DNA of 64,000 nt, taken from contig OZ244065.1 in NCBI GenBank assembly GCA_965215505.1, positions 2,720,001-2,784,000 on the forward strand. Reading direction: 5' to 3'. The translations under genes were made by a program, and so were the position numbers. A model generated the notes under the pieces. That model was not told the origin of the DNA. It was given only the letters and a program-made list of their open reading frames with translations, and did not search any database. Of this stretch, positions 35,283 to 46,835 are shown piece after piece. The stretch's first letter is position 1; every line of letters begins with the position of its first letter. This DNA is from Capsulimonadaceae bacterium (lineage in GTDB: Bacteria > Armatimonadota > Armatimonadia > Armatimonadales > Capsulimonadaceae).

Positions 35283-37757
35283 ATGAAAGTCCCCTCCCTC
35301 TTGACACTCGCCGCCCTCGCCGTCGGCTTCGCGGCGTCCGTCCCGCTGGCCGCCCCCGCCCAGGCGGATGCGGCCCTGCGGCGTCTGAGCGGCCATGTCC
35401 CGCGCGCCGCCATCGCCCGCGCCCATTCGCTTGGGCGGACCCCCGCCCAGGAGAACGTCGCGCTGGCCCTGACCCTGCCCGTGCGCGACAAGGCCGGGCT
35501 GGACACTCTGCTCCGGCACCTCTACACGCCGGGCGACCCGATGCAGGGCAGGTTCCTGACGCCGACCGAGTTCACGGCCCGGTTCGGGCCGACCGAGGAG
35601 GACTACGCCGCCGTCGCCGACTTCGCCCGCCGCAGCGGGCTGACCATCACCGGCACGCACCCGAACCGGCTCCTGCTGGACGTCTCCGGCCCGGCCGCCG
35701 TCGTCGAGCGCGCCCTGGGCGTCCGCCTGGGCCGCTACCGGGCCGCCTCGGGCCGCGTCTTCCGCGCGCCCGACGCGGAGCCGTCCGTCCCCGCCGCCCT
35801 GGTCGGGCGGCTGGCCGGGGTCGTCGGCCTGGACACGCTGGCCGTCCACCGGCCGCACCTGCGCCCCGCCCTCGGCCCGGCGGGCGGCACGGGGCACGGC
35901 GGCGGGCTTTCCCCCGCCGACATCCGCAATGCCTACCACCTGACCGGCGGCGCGACGGGCGCGGGGCAGACCATCGCGGTGTATGAGCTGGACGGCTACA
36001 CGGCGAGCGACATCGCCGCCTACGAGGCCGCCTACGGCCTGCCGCCCGTGACGCTCCAGAATGTCCTGGTGGACAACGCCTCGGGGGCGGCCGGGGCGAA
36101 CGCCGACGAGGTCACGCTGGACATCGAGCTGGCGCGCGCCCTCGCCCCCGGCCTCAGCCGCATCCTCGTCTACGAGACGCCCAACAGCACCGACCAGGGC
36201 TTCCTGGACGGCTACGCGCGGATCGCGACCGACGACCTCGCCAAGCAGGTCAGCACCTCCTGGGGGTCGCCCGAGAGCCAGAACTCTGAGTCGTTCCTCC
36301 AGGGAGAAGACAGGATTTTTCAGCAGATGGCCGCCCAGGGCCAGAGCGTTTTCAGCGCCACCGGCGACAACGGCGCCTACGACGACGGGACCGTCCTGAG
36401 CGTGGACGACCCCGGCTCCCAGCCCTATGTGACCGGCGTGGGCGGCACGACGCTGACGAGCGGGTCGGACGCCTCCTACGAGTCCGAAACCGCGTGGAGC
36501 GACGTGACCGACACCAGCGGCGGCTCTTTCGGGGCGGGGGGCGGGGGCGGCTTCAGCGGGCAGTGGCCCATCCCCTCCTACCAGACCGGGCTGCAAACCG
36601 CGCCGCCCGGCCGCAGCGTCCCGGACATCGCGCTGAACGCGGACCCGCAGACCGGCTACTCCATCTACTATCAAGGCGGCTGGGTGGTCTACGGCGGCAC
36701 CAGCACCGGCGCCCCGCTCTGGGCCGGCTTCACCGCCCTGGTCAACGGCCAGCGGGCGGCGGCGGGGCTGGGGCCGGTCGGCTTCCTCAATCCGGCCCTC
36801 TACGCGGTCGGAGCCACCGCCGCCTACGCCGCCGACTTCCACGATGTCATGAGCGGCACGGACCTCTACTATCCGGCAAAGTCCGGCTATGACAACGCCA
36901 CCGGCCTGGGCACCTTCGTCGGCGACGCCCTGCTGAACACGTTGGTCAGCGGGTCTGCCGCCGCCCCCACCGCGACCGTGACCGGGACCCTGACCGCGTC
37001 GGACACGGGCGCACCGCTTGCCGGCGCGACCGTCTCGGCTTACTCCGCGCCGGGCGGCCTCCAAGCGGCGGCTTCGGCGACGACGGGTGCGGACGGCACC
37101 TACACGCTGCCCGTCCCGAGCGGGCTGGGGCTGACCCTGCGCGCGGACGCCTACGGCACGACGGGCGGCGGGTACGGCGGCGCGCAGGCGGCGGTGGGGG
37201 CGGCACCGGCGGGCGGCACGGTGAAGATCCCGTTCGTGGTCCGGCCCGCGCACACGTTCCCGGCGGGCATCCAGATGGTTTCCGCCCCCTACTCCTATCT
37301 GGCCGCGGACGACCTGGCCGGACTGTTCGGCCTGACGCCGTCCGGTCCGGGTTTCGCCGCCTGGGACCCCGCCCTGGGCGTCTACCAGACCTATCCCGCC
37401 GGCCCCACGGGTGCCCCGGTCACGGGCCAGGGTTACTGGGCGCGGTTCCAGTCCCCCTCCCACCTGCACTACGACGGCCTGCTGGTCCCGACGGCCAACG
37501 CCTTCTCGGTCGCTCTGGGCGCGGGCTGGAACCAGATCGGCGACCCGTACCCCGTTCCCATCCCGCTGACCTCGCTCGTCGCCGGCGGGACGGCGGCGGG
37601 GGCGGCGGCCATCTCGCCGGTCCTCTACCGCTACGACACGGCTTCGGGGGCCTACGCGCCCTTGAACTTCGCCTCGGATTCGATCCAGCCTTACGCGGGC
37701 TACTGGGTCTTCGCCACCCAGGCCACCACCCTGGCGTTCACGCCCCCGCCACACTGA
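35283..37757 (+). CDS. secreted S53 (sedolisin/kumamolisin) protease with prodomain and C-terminal accessory domains
   Basis: prodomain; EVTLD, GDNG and GGTS catalytic motifs; GYD.ATGLG Ca site; C-terminal GWNQIGDPY domain. Confidence 0.94.
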   Translation: MKVPSLLTLAALAVGFAASVPLAAPAQADAALRRLSGHVPRAAIARAHSLGRTPAQENVALALTLPVRDKAGLDTLLRHLYTPGDPMQGRFLTPTEFTARFGPTEEDYAAVADFARRSGLTITGTHPNRLLLDVSGPAAVVERALGVRLGRYRAASGRVFRAPDAEPSVPAALVGRLAGVVGLDTLAVHRPHLRPALGPAGGTGHGGGLSPADIRNAYHLTGGATGAGQTIAVYELDGYTASDIAAYEAAYGLPPVTLQNVLVDNASGAAGANADEVTLDIELARALAPGLSRILVYETPNSTDQGFLDGYARIATDDLAKQVSTSWGSPESQNSESFLQGEDRIFQQMAAQGQSVFSATGDNGAYDDGTVLSVDDPGSQPYVTGVGGTTLTSGSDASYESETAWSDVTDTSGGSFGAGGGGGFSGQWPIPSYQTGLQTAPPGRSVPDIALNADPQTGYSIYYQGGWVVYGGTSTGAPLWAGFTALVNGQRAAAGLGPVGFLNPALYAVGATAAYAADFHDVMSGTDLYYPAKSGYDNATGLGTFVGDALLNTLVSGSAAAPTATVTGTLTASDTGAPLAGATVSAYSAPGGLQAAASATTGADGTYTLPVPSGLGLTLRADAYGTTGGGYGGAQAAVGAAPAGGTVKIPFVVRPAHTFPAGIQMVSAPYSYLAADDLAGLFGLTPSGPGFAAWDPALGVYQTYPAGPTGAPVTGQGYWARFQSPSHLHYDGLLVPTANAFSVALGAGWNQIGDPYPVPIPLTSLVAGGTAAGAAAISPVLYRYDTASGAYAPLNFASDSIQPYAGYWVFATQATTLAFTPPPH

Positions 37758-37922
37758 GGCAACCCTGCGCCGCGCCGAAACGAGACACGCCGCCCGCCTG
37801 AATTCAGGGCGGGCGGCGTGTGCATCTTGGCGGGCCGGTTAGGGTACAATAGCTCCAATCGCCCATACGTCACCCCGCCCACATCTCTCCTCATGTCTCG
37901 GCATGAGGCAAGGAGCAGCCCC

Positions 37923-38825
37923 ATGAGCCAGCCCCAGTTCCCGCCGCTGTCGGAGGAACAGATCGCGCATTTCCTCACGCACGGCCACGTCGTCATCCAC
38001 GACTGCTTCCCGCGCGCCTTCGCCGAGGAGTGGACGGCCAACGCCTTCCGCCGCCTGGAATACGATCCCAGCGACCCCTCCACCTGGCAGCAGGAGATCG
38101 TCCACATGCCCGCCACCCGGCGCGTGCCCATGCCCGAGCTTGCCCCCAAAGCCTGGCAGGCCGCCTGCGAGCTTCTGGGCGGCGAGGAGCGCGTCAGCCC
38201 CTGCACTTGGGGCGACAGCATGATTGTCAACCTCCGCAAAGGCGCGGACCAGCCCTGGTCGCCCCCGTCGGCCTCGGTCGGCGGCTGGCACAAGGACGGC
38301 GACTTCTTCCGGCACTTCCTGGACAGTCCCGAGCAGGGCCTGCTCACCATCGTCATCTGGTCCGACATCGAGCCAGAGGGCGGCGGCACCTTCGCCGCCG
38401 GGGACTCGGTCGCGCCGGTCGCCCGCCTCCTGGCCGCACACCCGGAAGGCGTTCTCCCCCAGGGTGCGCCGGAGGCCACCTTCGGCTCTCTCATCCATCA
38501 GTGCAACGACTTCGTCGAGCTGACCGGGAAGACCGGCGACGTCGTCCTGATCCATCCCTACCTGCTGCACGCCTCCAGCCAGAACCACTCGGGCAAGGCG
38601 CGCTTCATCACGAACCCGCCCATCTCCCTGAAAGAGCCGATGCAGTTTAACCGCGAAGACCCCGCCGACTTCTCCCCCGTCGAGCGCGCCGTCTTGATGG
38701 GCCTGGGCGTGGACCGGCTCGACTTCCAGCCGACCGCCCCCCGCGAACGGATCGTCTCGGAAGGCATGAAGCGCAAGCAGAGGATGCTGGAAGAGGAGCA
38801 GGCGCGGCTCGCCGCTGTGGGGTAG
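37923..38825 (+). CDS. phytanoyl-CoA dioxygenase-like Fe/2OG oxygenase
   Basis: LSEEQIAHFLTHGH, WHKDG (HxD) and GDV...HPYLLH motifs. Confidence 0.85.
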   Translation: MSQPQFPPLSEEQIAHFLTHGHVVIHDCFPRAFAEEWTANAFRRLEYDPSDPSTWQQEIVHMPATRRVPMPELAPKAWQAACELLGGEERVSPCTWGDSMIVNLRKGADQPWSPPSASVGGWHKDGDFFRHFLDSPEQGLLTIVIWSDIEPEGGGTFAAGDSVAPVARLLAAHPEGVLPQGAPEATFGSLIHQCNDFVELTGKTGDVVLIHPYLLHASSQNHSGKARFITNPPISLKEPMQFNREDPADFSPVERAVLMGLGVDRLDFQPTAPRERIVSEGMKRKQRMLEEEQARLAAVG

Positions 38826-38849
38826 GCAGGAAGGGCGAACATCTGAAGA

Positions 38850-38928
38850 AGGGCGAACACAAGGTTCGCCCCTACGGGTCAGGGATAAGATTTCCAGGCA
38901 GGACGTAGGGGCGAACCTTGTGTTCGCC
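38850..38928. repeat. inverted pair of GTAG-class REPs
   Basis: AGGGCGAACACAAGGTTCGCCCCTAC ... GTAGGGGCGAACCTTGTGTTCGCC. Confidence 0.88.
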
Positions 38929-39024
38929 AATTCTCCCGCCGCGCCTTCTTATCCTGATCCTCCTATCCTTCTGGCTCCCCCAGAATTGAGGGCGGGGAGC
39001 CGAACGCACAAGGAACAGAAACCG

Positions 39025-39738
39025 ATGGAACAACCGATCAAAGACAAATGGGCCTTAGTCACCGGGTCCAGCCGGGGCGTCGGGCGGCAGATCGCCCTGG
39101 GTCTGGCGCAGCAGGGGTGCCACGTCATCCTGCACGGACGCGAACTGGAGAACGTCCAGCAGACGCTCGCCCTGCTGGCGGACACCGGCGTCAAGACTTA
39201 CGCCGTCGCGGGCGATCTTGGCACCGAGGAGGGCGTCGAGGCCGTCGTCCGGGGCGTGCGCCAGGGACCGGGGCCAGTAGACATCCTCTACAACAACGCC
39301 GCCGTCCAGAACGCCTGGGGGGAGATCTGGGACCTCCCCCAATCGGAGTGGCAGCGCACCTTCCAGGTGAACGTCTTCGCCCTCATCGCCCTGTGCAACG
39401 CCCTCGGCCCCGGAATGCGACAGCGCGGGTGGGGCCGGATCGTCAACCTGACGTCCGGCATCAAGGACACCCCGCCGCTCGCGCCCTACAGCGTCTCCAA
39501 GGCCGCCGTGGACAAGTACACGCGGGACCTCGCCGCCGAACTCAAGGGGAGCGGCGTGCTAGTCAACTGCCTGGACCCCGGCTGGCTCCGCACCGACATG
39601 GGCGGCCCGAACGCGATGGGCGACGTGGAGAGCGTCCTGCCGGGTGCGCTCAAGCCGGCCCTGCTGCCCGACGACGGCGCGACCGGCTGCTTCTTCGCCG
39701 CCCAGGCCCCGGAGACGTGGGCAGGGCGGGCGTTCTGA
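39025..39738 (+). CDS. short-chain dehydrogenase/reductase
   Basis: [17 protein letters not shown] and [10 protein letters not shown] motifs. Confidence 0.93.
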   Translation: MEQPIKDKWALVTGSSRGVGRQIALGLAQQGCHVILHGRELENVQQTLALLADTGVKTYAVAGDLGTEEGVEAVVRGVRQGPGPVDILYNNAAVQNAWGEIWDLPQSEWQRTFQVNVFALIALCNALGPGMRQRGWGRIVNLTSGIKDTPPLAPYSVSKAAVDKYTRDLAAELKGSGVLVNCLDPGWLRTDMGGPNAMGDVESVLPGALKPALLPDDGATGCFFAAQAPETWAGRAF

Positions 39739-39750
39739 CCGGGGGAAGAG

Positions 39751-39856
39751 CCGGGCGATTGAAATCGCGGCAACGAGTTCACAAAACCTGCCTTCGCAGG
39801 TTCGGAGTCCACGAAGGTGGACTTTGTGCCTTTGTTGCCGCGGTTTCAACCGCCGG
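39751..39856. repeat. REPIN-like nested palindrome
   Basis: GCGATTGAAATCGCGGCAAC ... GTCCACGAAGGTGGAC ... GTTGCCGCGGTTTCAACCGC. Confidence 0.75.
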
Positions 39857-39877
39857 TCCATACACAAGGAACTAACC

Positions 39878-41308
39878 ATGCCAATCGGAATTTTCGACGA
39901 CCACGCCGACATCGGCACCGTGCTTCATCCGGGGGCGGCGGACTATGACGCCGACGCCCAGACCTACACCGTTTCCGGCAGCGGGGAGAACATGTGGCGG
40001 ACCGAGGACGCCTTCCACTACGTCTGGAAAGAGGTCAGCGGCGATGTCGCCCTGACCGCCGACGTTTCGTTCCCATCGCCCGGCAAAGACCCGCACCGGA
40101 AGGCCTGCCTCATCATCCGCCAGAGCCTCGATGCCGGGGCGGCCTACGCCGACGCCGCCCTGCACGGCGACGGGCTGACTTCGCTCCAGTTCCGCCATTC
40201 ATCGGACGGCATCACGCAGGAGGTCCAGGCGAACGTCTCCGCGCCCGCCCGCCTCCGCCTGGAGAAGCGCGGCGCGTATGCGCGGCTGTTCTTCGGGGGG
40301 GCCGGTGGCGAACTCGGCTTCTCCGGCGCGGCCACGCCGCTCGCCCTGGAAGGGACGTTCTACGTCGGCCTCGGCGTCTGCTCACACGACAAGGACGTGA
40401 CCGAGATGGCCCGGTTTTCCCATGTCGCCCTGGACACCGAATTGCCGGACGGGCCGTCCACGCTCTACAGCACCCTGGAAACGCAGGTCATCGCCTCGAC
40501 CGACCGCCGGGTCTGCCTGACGACGTCCACCCACATCGAGGCCCCCAACTGGCTCCTGGACGGCAGCGCCCTGGTCGTCAACAGCGGCGGGCGGATGTAC
40601 CGCGTCCCCGCCGCTGGGGGAGACATGGAAGCGATAGATACGGGCTTCGCCGTCCGGTGCAACAACGACCACGGCCTATCACCCGATGGCACCCGGCTCG
40701 TCATCAGCGACCAGTCGCAGGAGGGGGGCCAGTCGCTCATCTACACCCTGCCCATCGGCGGCGGGATTCCCGAGCGCGTCACGCCCTCCGGGCCTTCGTA
40801 CTGGCACGGCTGGTCCCCCGACGGCGAGACGCTGACCTTCTGCGGGCAGCGCGACGGCAAGTTCGGCGTCTTCATCATCCCGGCTGCCGGGGGCGAGGAA
40901 ACCCGCCTGACGACGGCCGCCAGCCTGGACGACGGCCCGGAGTATTCACCGGACGGCCGCTACATCTACTTCAACTCCGACCGGACCGGCCGGATGCAGA
41001 TCTGGCGGATGCACCTGGACGGCGGCGTGTTAGAGCAGGTCACGTCGGACGAGTACAACAACTGGTTCGCCCACCCCTCCCCCGACGGCCGGCATCTGGT
41101 CTTTCTGTCCTACGGAGGCGACGTGAGCGGACACCCGCCCAACAAAGACGTCACCCTGCGCCTGATGCCGCTGGACGGCGATAGATTCCAGCCCGAGAAC
41201 ATCCAAGTCCTGGCCCGCCTGTTCGGCGGCCAGGGGACAATCAACGTCCCGTGCTGGTCGGCGGACAGCAAGAAGATCGCCTTCGTGACGTACCAATTCA
41301 TCGCCTAG
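39878..41308 (+). CDS. TolB-like PD40 beta-propeller protein with N-terminal lectin-like domain
   Basis: [34 protein letters not shown] and GGQGTINVP motifs. Confidence 0.88.
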   Translation: MPIGIFDDHADIGTVLHPGAADYDADAQTYTVSGSGENMWRTEDAFHYVWKEVSGDVALTADVSFPSPGKDPHRKACLIIRQSLDAGAAYADAALHGDGLTSLQFRHSSDGITQEVQANVSAPARLRLEKRGAYARLFFGGAGGELGFSGAATPLALEGTFYVGLGVCSHDKDVTEMARFSHVALDTELPDGPSTLYSTLETQVIASTDRRVCLTTSTHIEAPNWLLDGSALVVNSGGRMYRVPAAGGDMEAIDTGFAVRCNNDHGLSPDGTRLVISDQSQEGGQSLIYTLPIGGGIPERVTPSGPSYWHGWSPDGETLTFCGQRDGKFGVFIIPAAGGEETRLTTAASLDDGPEYSPDGRYIYFNSDRTGRMQIWRMHLDGGVLEQVTSDEYNNWFAHPSPDGRHLVFLSYGGDVSGHPPNKDVTLRLMPLDGDRFQPENIQVLARLFGGQGTINVPCWSADSKKIAFVTYQFIA

Positions 41309-41310
41309 GC

Positions 41311-41528
41311 TCGCCACGGGTTGAAACCCGAGGCACCGAAGTTCCCAGCGTCCAAGGGACGCAAGAGTGAGGCGAACAAGAGGGGGACGCGGTATCGCGT
41401 AGGGGGGGGTCCCCCCGCCCTCCTAATGTTCCCTGCCCTCCGGTTCTTGTCCGGCTCCGGTTCTTGTCCGGCTCTTACGTCCCCTGGACGGCGGGCTTTT
41501 CGGTGCCTCGGGTTTCAACCCGTGGCGA
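41311..41528. mobile_element. REPIN/MITE-like element with 30-bp perfect TIR and a nested GTAG REP
   Basis: TCGCCACGGGTTGAAACCCGAGGCACCGAA ... exact reverse complement at 41499-41528; inner CGTCCnnnGGACG. Confidence 0.8.
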
Positions 41529-41551
41529 AGGCTACGGTTGGAGAAAAATAA

Positions 41552-43396
41552 ATGCCGAAGACTTCGCAGAAGGAACATCCGAGTGGGCCGCGCGTCCGCA
41601 TCATCCACCCCCGGCGGGCCGCGCCAGTGTTCGCGCTCCTAGCCGTCGGCGCACTCCTGACGCTCACGCCGCCCCTCGCGCACCCCGTCCGCGCCGCCGA
41701 TATTCCCGCCGCGCCCGCCCCGGCCCTGCCCACCAGCCTGATCCGCCTGAACACCCTGGGCTACCTCCCCGCGCACGACAAGAAGGCCACGGTCGCCGCC
41801 GCCATCACTGAGTTCCGCGTGGTGCGCGATTCGGACGGGGCTGCCGCCTTTCAGGGCCGGGCCACCGGCCCCGTCCATGACGCAGACACCAAAGAGGACG
41901 TCTATCTGGCCGACTTCTCCGCCCTGCGGACGCCCGGCGTCTACCACCTGGAGGCGGAAGGCGCGGGCCGGTCGGCCTCCTTCCGCATCGCGCCTGATGT
42001 CTACAATGACGCCTACCGGACGATGATGCAGGGGATGTACCTGTGGCGCTGCGGCACCGCCGTCAAAGCGACTTATAACGGCGTCACCTATTCGCACGAA
42101 GCCTGTCACCTCGACGACGCTTACCTGGACTACGTCGGCGGCGGCCACACCCGCGCCCCGTCCACGCGCGGGTGGCACGACGCCGGGGACTACAACAAGT
42201 ACACCGTCAACGGCGCGTTCGCGGCGGGCGTCCTGCTGCTGGCCTGGGAGCAGAACGCGCCCCGCCTGCGCGCCGTGCCTCTGCCGCAGCCGAACACCGC
42301 GCCCGGCACGCCCGACATGCTCAGTGAGGTCCGGTGGGAGATAGACTGGCTGCTGACCATGCAGGCCGCCGACGGCTCCGTCTACCACAAGGTCAGCACC
42401 GTCAACTTCGGACCGGCGGGGCCGCCCGAAACCGAAAAGACGCCCCGCTTCTTCGTCCCCTGGGGCAGCCCCGCCACCGCAGACTTCGTGGCCGTGGCCG
42501 CCCAGGCTGCCCGCGTCCTGCGCCCCTATGACGCCGCCTATGCCGACCGCTGCCTCGCCGCCGCGCGCCGCTCCTACGCCTTCCTCCAGGCGAACCCTGC
42601 CGACCACGCCCCCGACCAGGCCGCCTTCCGCACGGGCGGCTACGGCACCCGCGACGCCGACGACCGCCTGTGGGCCGCCGCCGAGCTATGGGAGACGACG
42701 GGAGACAAGGCCACGCTCGCCGACTTCGAGGCGCGCGCCCGCGCCATCCCGGACGGCCAGAAGATCCCCGCCGATTGGGGCTGGGGGGACGTCGGCAACC
42801 TGGGGATGTTTACCTACCTGTTCTCGGCCCGCCCCGGACGCGACCCCGCCCTGGTGGGCAGCATCCGGGCCGCTGTGCTGGCGACCGCAGACGCAATCGT
42901 CCGCACGGACGGCGCGAACGGCTACGGCCGCCCGCTGGTCGGTTACTACTGGGGCGACAACGGCGGCGTCGCCCTGACCGGGGCCGTGCTTCAGGCCGCC
43001 AACCGCCTCAAACCCACCCCCGCCTACACCGAGACGGCCCTGGACGCCGTTTCGCACCTGTTCGGGCGCAACTACTACGGCCGGTCCTTCGTCACCGGGC
43101 TGGGCGCGGACCCGCCGCTGCACCCGCACGACCGGCGCTCGGGCCTGAGTGCCGACTCGCCCGCGCCCGGCGTCCCGACCTGGCCGGGCTACCTCGTCGG
43201 CGGCGCCTGGCCCGGCCCGCGCGACTGGGTGGACGTGGCCGGGCGGTTCCAGGTCAACGAGATCGCCATCAACTGGAACGCCGCCCTCCTCTACACCCTG
43301 TCCGGCTTCGTGGAGGCTCCGGCGGCGGCACACCCCGCCTCGTCCAAGCCGAAGGCGGCGGGCAAAGGGCGCGGCAAGGAAAAAGGGGCGCGATAA
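41552..43396 (+). CDS. secreted GH9 endoglucanase with N-terminal Ig (CelD-like) domain
   Basis: IRLNTLGYLP, GWHDAGDYNKY, PHDR and NEIAINWNA motifs. Confidence 0.94.
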   Translation: MPKTSQKEHPSGPRVRIIHPRRAAPVFALLAVGALLTLTPPLAHPVRAADIPAAPAPALPTSLIRLNTLGYLPAHDKKATVAAAITEFRVVRDSDGAAAFQGRATGPVHDADTKEDVYLADFSALRTPGVYHLEAEGAGRSASFRIAPDVYNDAYRTMMQGMYLWRCGTAVKATYNGVTYSHEACHLDDAYLDYVGGGHTRAPSTRGWHDAGDYNKYTVNGAFAAGVLLLAWEQNAPRLRAVPLPQPNTAPGTPDMLSEVRWEIDWLLTMQAADGSVYHKVSTVNFGPAGPPETEKTPRFFVPWGSPATADFVAVAAQAARVLRPYDAAYADRCLAAARRSYAFLQANPADHAPDQAAFRTGGYGTRDADDRLWAAAELWETTGDKATLADFEARARAIPDGQKIPADWGWGDVGNLGMFTYLFSARPGRDPALVGSIRAAVLATADAIVRTDGANGYGRPLVGYYWGDNGGVALTGAVLQAANRLKPTPAYTETALDAVSHLFGRNYYGRSFVTGLGADPPLHPHDRRSGLSADSPAPGVPTWPGYLVGGAWPGPRDWVDVAGRFQVNEIAINWNAALLYTLSGFVEAPAAAHPASSKPKAAGKGRGKEKGAR

Positions 43397-43434
43397 ATCG
43401 CGCCCCTACACCGTTCCTATCCGCTCTCAGCGGC

Positions 43435-44547
43435 CTACTTCCCGACCTCCACGATCGAGAACGAACCCGGCAGCATCTGGCCGCGACGGCCGCGACGCCG
43501 GGGCGCATCCGCCCCAGGAGCGGGGGCGGGGGCGTCCGCCGGGGGCGCGGGGGGCGGGCCGTACTGGGCGGCGATCAGCAGGATGTTGCCCGTCTTGGCG
43601 TCCAGCGTCAGCGTCTTCGCGCCGGGCATGGTCGTGACGGTCTGCTCCACCACGAAGGTCGTCGGCGTGCTTTCCTTGATGACGGTCAGCGTGCCGTCGC
43701 CCTGCGAGCTGAAGGCCTCGTTCGTCTTGGGGTTGAAGGTCGCCCCGTCGCAGCCCTGGCCGATGGGCAGGTCGCCCAGATACTTGCCGTCGTTGGCGTC
43801 CAGCATCACCATGACTGCCGGGTTCCGGCATGCGACGAACAGGACGTGGTTCTTGGCATCGAGTGCCAGGCCCGCGTCGCCGCCGCCTTTGCCGTTCAGC
43901 GAATAGGTCGTGGTCATCTTCATCGTCTTGGCGTCAATGACGGCGACGCTGTCCTTGTCCTCGATGTCCACATAGACGTGGCCCTTGCCGTCCGAGGCGG
44001 CCTGCTCGGGCGCACCGCCGATGTCTATCGTGCCGAGGATCGCGCCGTCGGCATCGTTCAGCACGGTGATGTTGGGCGCGCTGTGGCTGAGGACGTAGGT
44101 ACGGTGGTTAAAGGAGTCGTTCAGGATGCCATCCGGCCCGCCATCCACCGGGATGGTCTTGACCAGGGCCAGGGTCTTGGTGTCGAACATGGCGACCGGC
44201 TTGCTGGAAGCGAACCCGTGGTGGGTCTGCGTGTCCGAGGCCGCGCCGTGCGCGCCGGTCTGGGGGATGTCACCGGCGGAGGCCAGGGTGTCCAGGTTGT
44301 AGACCGCGACGTGGGGCGTGGGGCCGTTGCGCGCGACATACAGGTTGCGGCCGTCCGAATCGGCGTAGACGTAGTCGAAGCCGCCCTCGCCGCCGACTTT
44401 GGCGGTCTTCAGGATGTGGTACGGGCCGGTGGCCGCCGTCGGCATCGCCAGCATCGGGGGAGGCGGCGGGGGCGCGGGCTGCTGGGCCAGGGCGCCGGCC
44501 GCAAGGGCCGCGAGGCCGGCGGTCATTGACGGTAGAAATCGCTGCAT
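43435..44547 (-). CDS. secreted YncE/YVTN beta-propeller protein
   Basis: signal peptide; [17 protein letters not shown] and GAKTLTLD motifs. Confidence 0.88.
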   Translation of the reverse strand: MQRFLPSMTAGLAALAAGALAQQPAPPPPPPMLAMPTAATGPYHILKTAKVGGEGGFDYVYADSDGRNLYVARNGPTPHVAVYNLDTLASAGDIPQTGAHGAASDTQTHHGFASSKPVAMFDTKTLALVKTIPVDGGPDGILNDSFNHRTYVLSHSAPNITVLNDADGAILGTIDIGGAPEQAASDGKGHVYVDIEDKDSVAVIDAKTMKMTTTYSLNGKGGGDAGLALDAKNHVLFVACRNPAVMVMLDANDGKYLGDLPIGQGCDGATFNPKTNEAFSSQGDGTLTVIKESTPTTFVVEQTVTTMPGAKTLTLDAKTGNILLIAAQYGPPPAPPADAPAPAPGADAPRRRGRRGQMLPGSFSIVEVGK

Positions 44548-44706
44548 CGTTGTACCTCTTCTATTCGTGCTTTTGCTGCTGCTGTTAATCGTTTTGGCTA
44601 CAGTAATTATACCATGCGATTCTACGGGGAACAAAACCGCAGCGTTCCCGCGTTAGTATTATTGCTATCAGAGCCAGAAAAAGACCGAGCAGTGAGGTGG
44701 AATCCC

Positions 44707-46227
44707 ATGATCTACGCCAGCCCGAACACCGAAGGCAGCCGCGTCGCCTTCAAGTCCCGCTATGACAACTTCATCGGCGGGGAGTTCGTCCCGCCTGTTG
44801 ACGGCCGGTACTTTGAAGACCCCAGCCCGGTCAACGGCAAGACCTTCTGCGAGGTCGCGCGCTCCGGGGCCAAAGACATCGAGATGGCCCTGGACGCCGC
44901 CCACAAGGCCAAAGACGCCTGGGGCCGGACCTCGCAGGGCGAGCGCGCGAACATCCTCAACAAGATCGCCGACCGGATGGAGGCCAACTTGGAGATGCTG
45001 GCAGTCGCCGAGACCTGGGAGAATGGCAAGCCGGTCCGCGAGACACTCGCCGCCGACCTCCCCCTGGCGATTGACCACTTCCGCTACTTCGCCGGCTGCA
45101 TCCGCGCCCAGGAGGGCACCGCCTCCCCGATTGACGACAAGACCATCGCCTACCATTTCCACGAGCCTCTGGGCGTGGTCGGCCAGATCATCCCCTGGAA
45201 CTTCCCCCTCCTGATGGCGACCTGGAAGCTCGCCCCCGCCCTTGCCGCCGGCAACTGCGTAGTCATCAAGCCCGCCGAGCAGACTCCGGCCACCCTGCTG
45301 GTCCTGATGGAGCTGATCGGCGACCTGCTGCCCCCCGGCGTCCTGAACGTCGTCAACGGCTTCGGCGTGGAAGCCGGCAAGCCGCTGGCCTCCAGCCCCC
45401 GCATCGCCAAGATCGCTTTCACCGGCGAGACTACGACGGGCCGCCTGGTCATGCAGTACGCTTCGGAGAACATCATCCCCGTCACCCTGGAGCTAGGCGG
45501 CAAGTCCCCCAACGTCTTCTTCGCGGACACCCTGGCCCAGCAAGACGACTTCGCCTCCAAGTGCCTGGAGGGCTTCAACATGTTCGCCTTGAACCAGGGC
45601 GAGGTCTGCACCTGCCCGTCGCGCGCTTTGATCCAGTCCTCCATCTACGACGAGTTCCTGCACCACGCCCTGGAGCGCACCCGCCAGATCAAGCAGGGCA
45701 ACCCCCTGGACACGACCACCATGGTCGGCGCGCAGGCTTCCAACGACCAGCGGGAGAAGATTCTGTCCTATTTCGAGATCGGCCGGCAGGAGGGCGCGAA
45801 GGTGCTGCTCGGCGGCAAGGAGGCCGAGATGTCCGGCGACCTCAAGGGCGGCTACTACATCGAGCCGACCGTCTTTGAAGGGACCAACACCATGCGAATC
45901 TTCCAGGAGGAGATCTTCGGGCCGGTCTTGTCCGTGACGAAGTTCACCGATGAGGCGGACGCTCTGCGGATCGCGAACGAAACCCTGTACGGCCTGGGCG
46001 CGGGCGTCTGGACCCGCGACATGAACACCGCCTACCGCATGGGGCGCGGCATCCAGGCCGGGCGCGTGTGGACGAACTGCTACCACCTGTACCCCGCCCA
46101 CGCGGCCTTCGGCGGCTACAAGGCGAGCGGAATCGGGCGCGAGAACCACAAGATGATGCTGGACCACTACCAGCAGACCAAGAACATGCTGGTCTCCTAC
46201 GACCCCAAGCCGATGGGGTTCTTCTGA
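44707..46227 (+). CDS. NAD-dependent aldehyde dehydrogenase (AldB/ExaC-like)
   Basis: [31 protein letters not shown] and EEIFGP motifs; followed by a DUF779 gene. Confidence 0.96.
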   Translation: MIYASPNTEGSRVAFKSRYDNFIGGEFVPPVDGRYFEDPSPVNGKTFCEVARSGAKDIEMALDAAHKAKDAWGRTSQGERANILNKIADRMEANLEMLAVAETWENGKPVRETLAADLPLAIDHFRYFAGCIRAQEGTASPIDDKTIAYHFHEPLGVVGQIIPWNFPLLMATWKLAPALAAGNCVVIKPAEQTPATLLVLMELIGDLLPPGVLNVVNGFGVEAGKPLASSPRIAKIAFTGETTTGRLVMQYASENIIPVTLELGGKSPNVFFADTLAQQDDFASKCLEGFNMFALNQGEVCTCPSRALIQSSIYDEFLHHALERTRQIKQGNPLDTTTMVGAQASNDQREKILSYFEIGRQEGAKVLLGGKEAEMSGDLKGGYYIEPTVFEGTNTMRIFQEEIFGPVLSVTKFTDEADALRIANETLYGLGAGVWTRDMNTAYRMGRGIQAGRVWTNCYHLYPAHAAFGGYKASGIGRENHKMMLDHYQQTKNMLVSYDPKPMGFF

Positions 46228-46410
46228 TCCTCTCCCCCGTCGCTGCGCGCCGACCCCTCCCCTCGCAGGGAAGGGGGTGTGAAAGGGGGTTGAAATGGTA
46301 CTCTCGTGAGCCTGACCGTAACCGCCAGGCCACATGACAAGAAGTGCCCTGGCCTCCACAACACCCCCTTCCCTCCGAGGGGAGGGGCGGCGCTTGCGCC
46401 GGGGAGAGGA
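46228..46410. repeat. inverted pair of CCCCTnCCC..GGGAGGGG palindromic repeats
   Basis: TCCTCTCCCC...CCCCTCCCCTCGCAGGGAAGGGGGTG and CACCCCCTTCCCTCCGAGGGGAGGGG...GGGGAGAGGA. Confidence 0.75.
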
Positions 46411-46430
46411 TCAGACCAAAGGCTACACCT

Positions 46431-46835
46431 ATGCCCACCGACCGCGTCACCATCAACCCCGAGGCCGCCGCCTGGGTGGAGCGCCTGCGCGTCCAGCACG
46501 GCCCGCTGATGTTCCACCAGTCCGGCGGCTGCTGCGACGGCAGTTCCCCCATGTGCTACCCCCTCGGGGACTTCAAAGTCGGGGCGCGTGACGTGTTCCT
46601 CGGCACCGTCGCGGGCTGCCCCTTCTACATGAGCGGCCCGCAGTTCGACTACTGGCGGCACACCCACCTCACCGTGGATGTCGTGCCGGGCCGGGGCAGC
46701 GGCTTCTCCGTCGAGGCCCCCGAGGGCGTCCGGTTCCTCATCCGCTCCCGCCTCTTCACCGAGGCCGAGGCAAGCGCCCTGGCCCTAGAGGGCGACCCGC
46801 CCACCGGCCCCGCGCCGGACGGGCCACAGAGTTAG
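46431..46835 (+). CDS. DUF779 protein
   Basis: HGPLMFHQSGGCCDGSSPMC and GRGSGFS.E.PEG.RFL.RSR motifs. Confidence 0.93.
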   Translation: MPTDRVTINPEAAAWVERLRVQHGPLMFHQSGGCCDGSSPMCYPLGDFKVGARDVFLGTVAGCPFYMSGPQFDYWRHTHLTVDVVPGRGSGFSVEAPEGVRFLIRSRLFTEAEASALALEGDPPTGPAPDGPQS

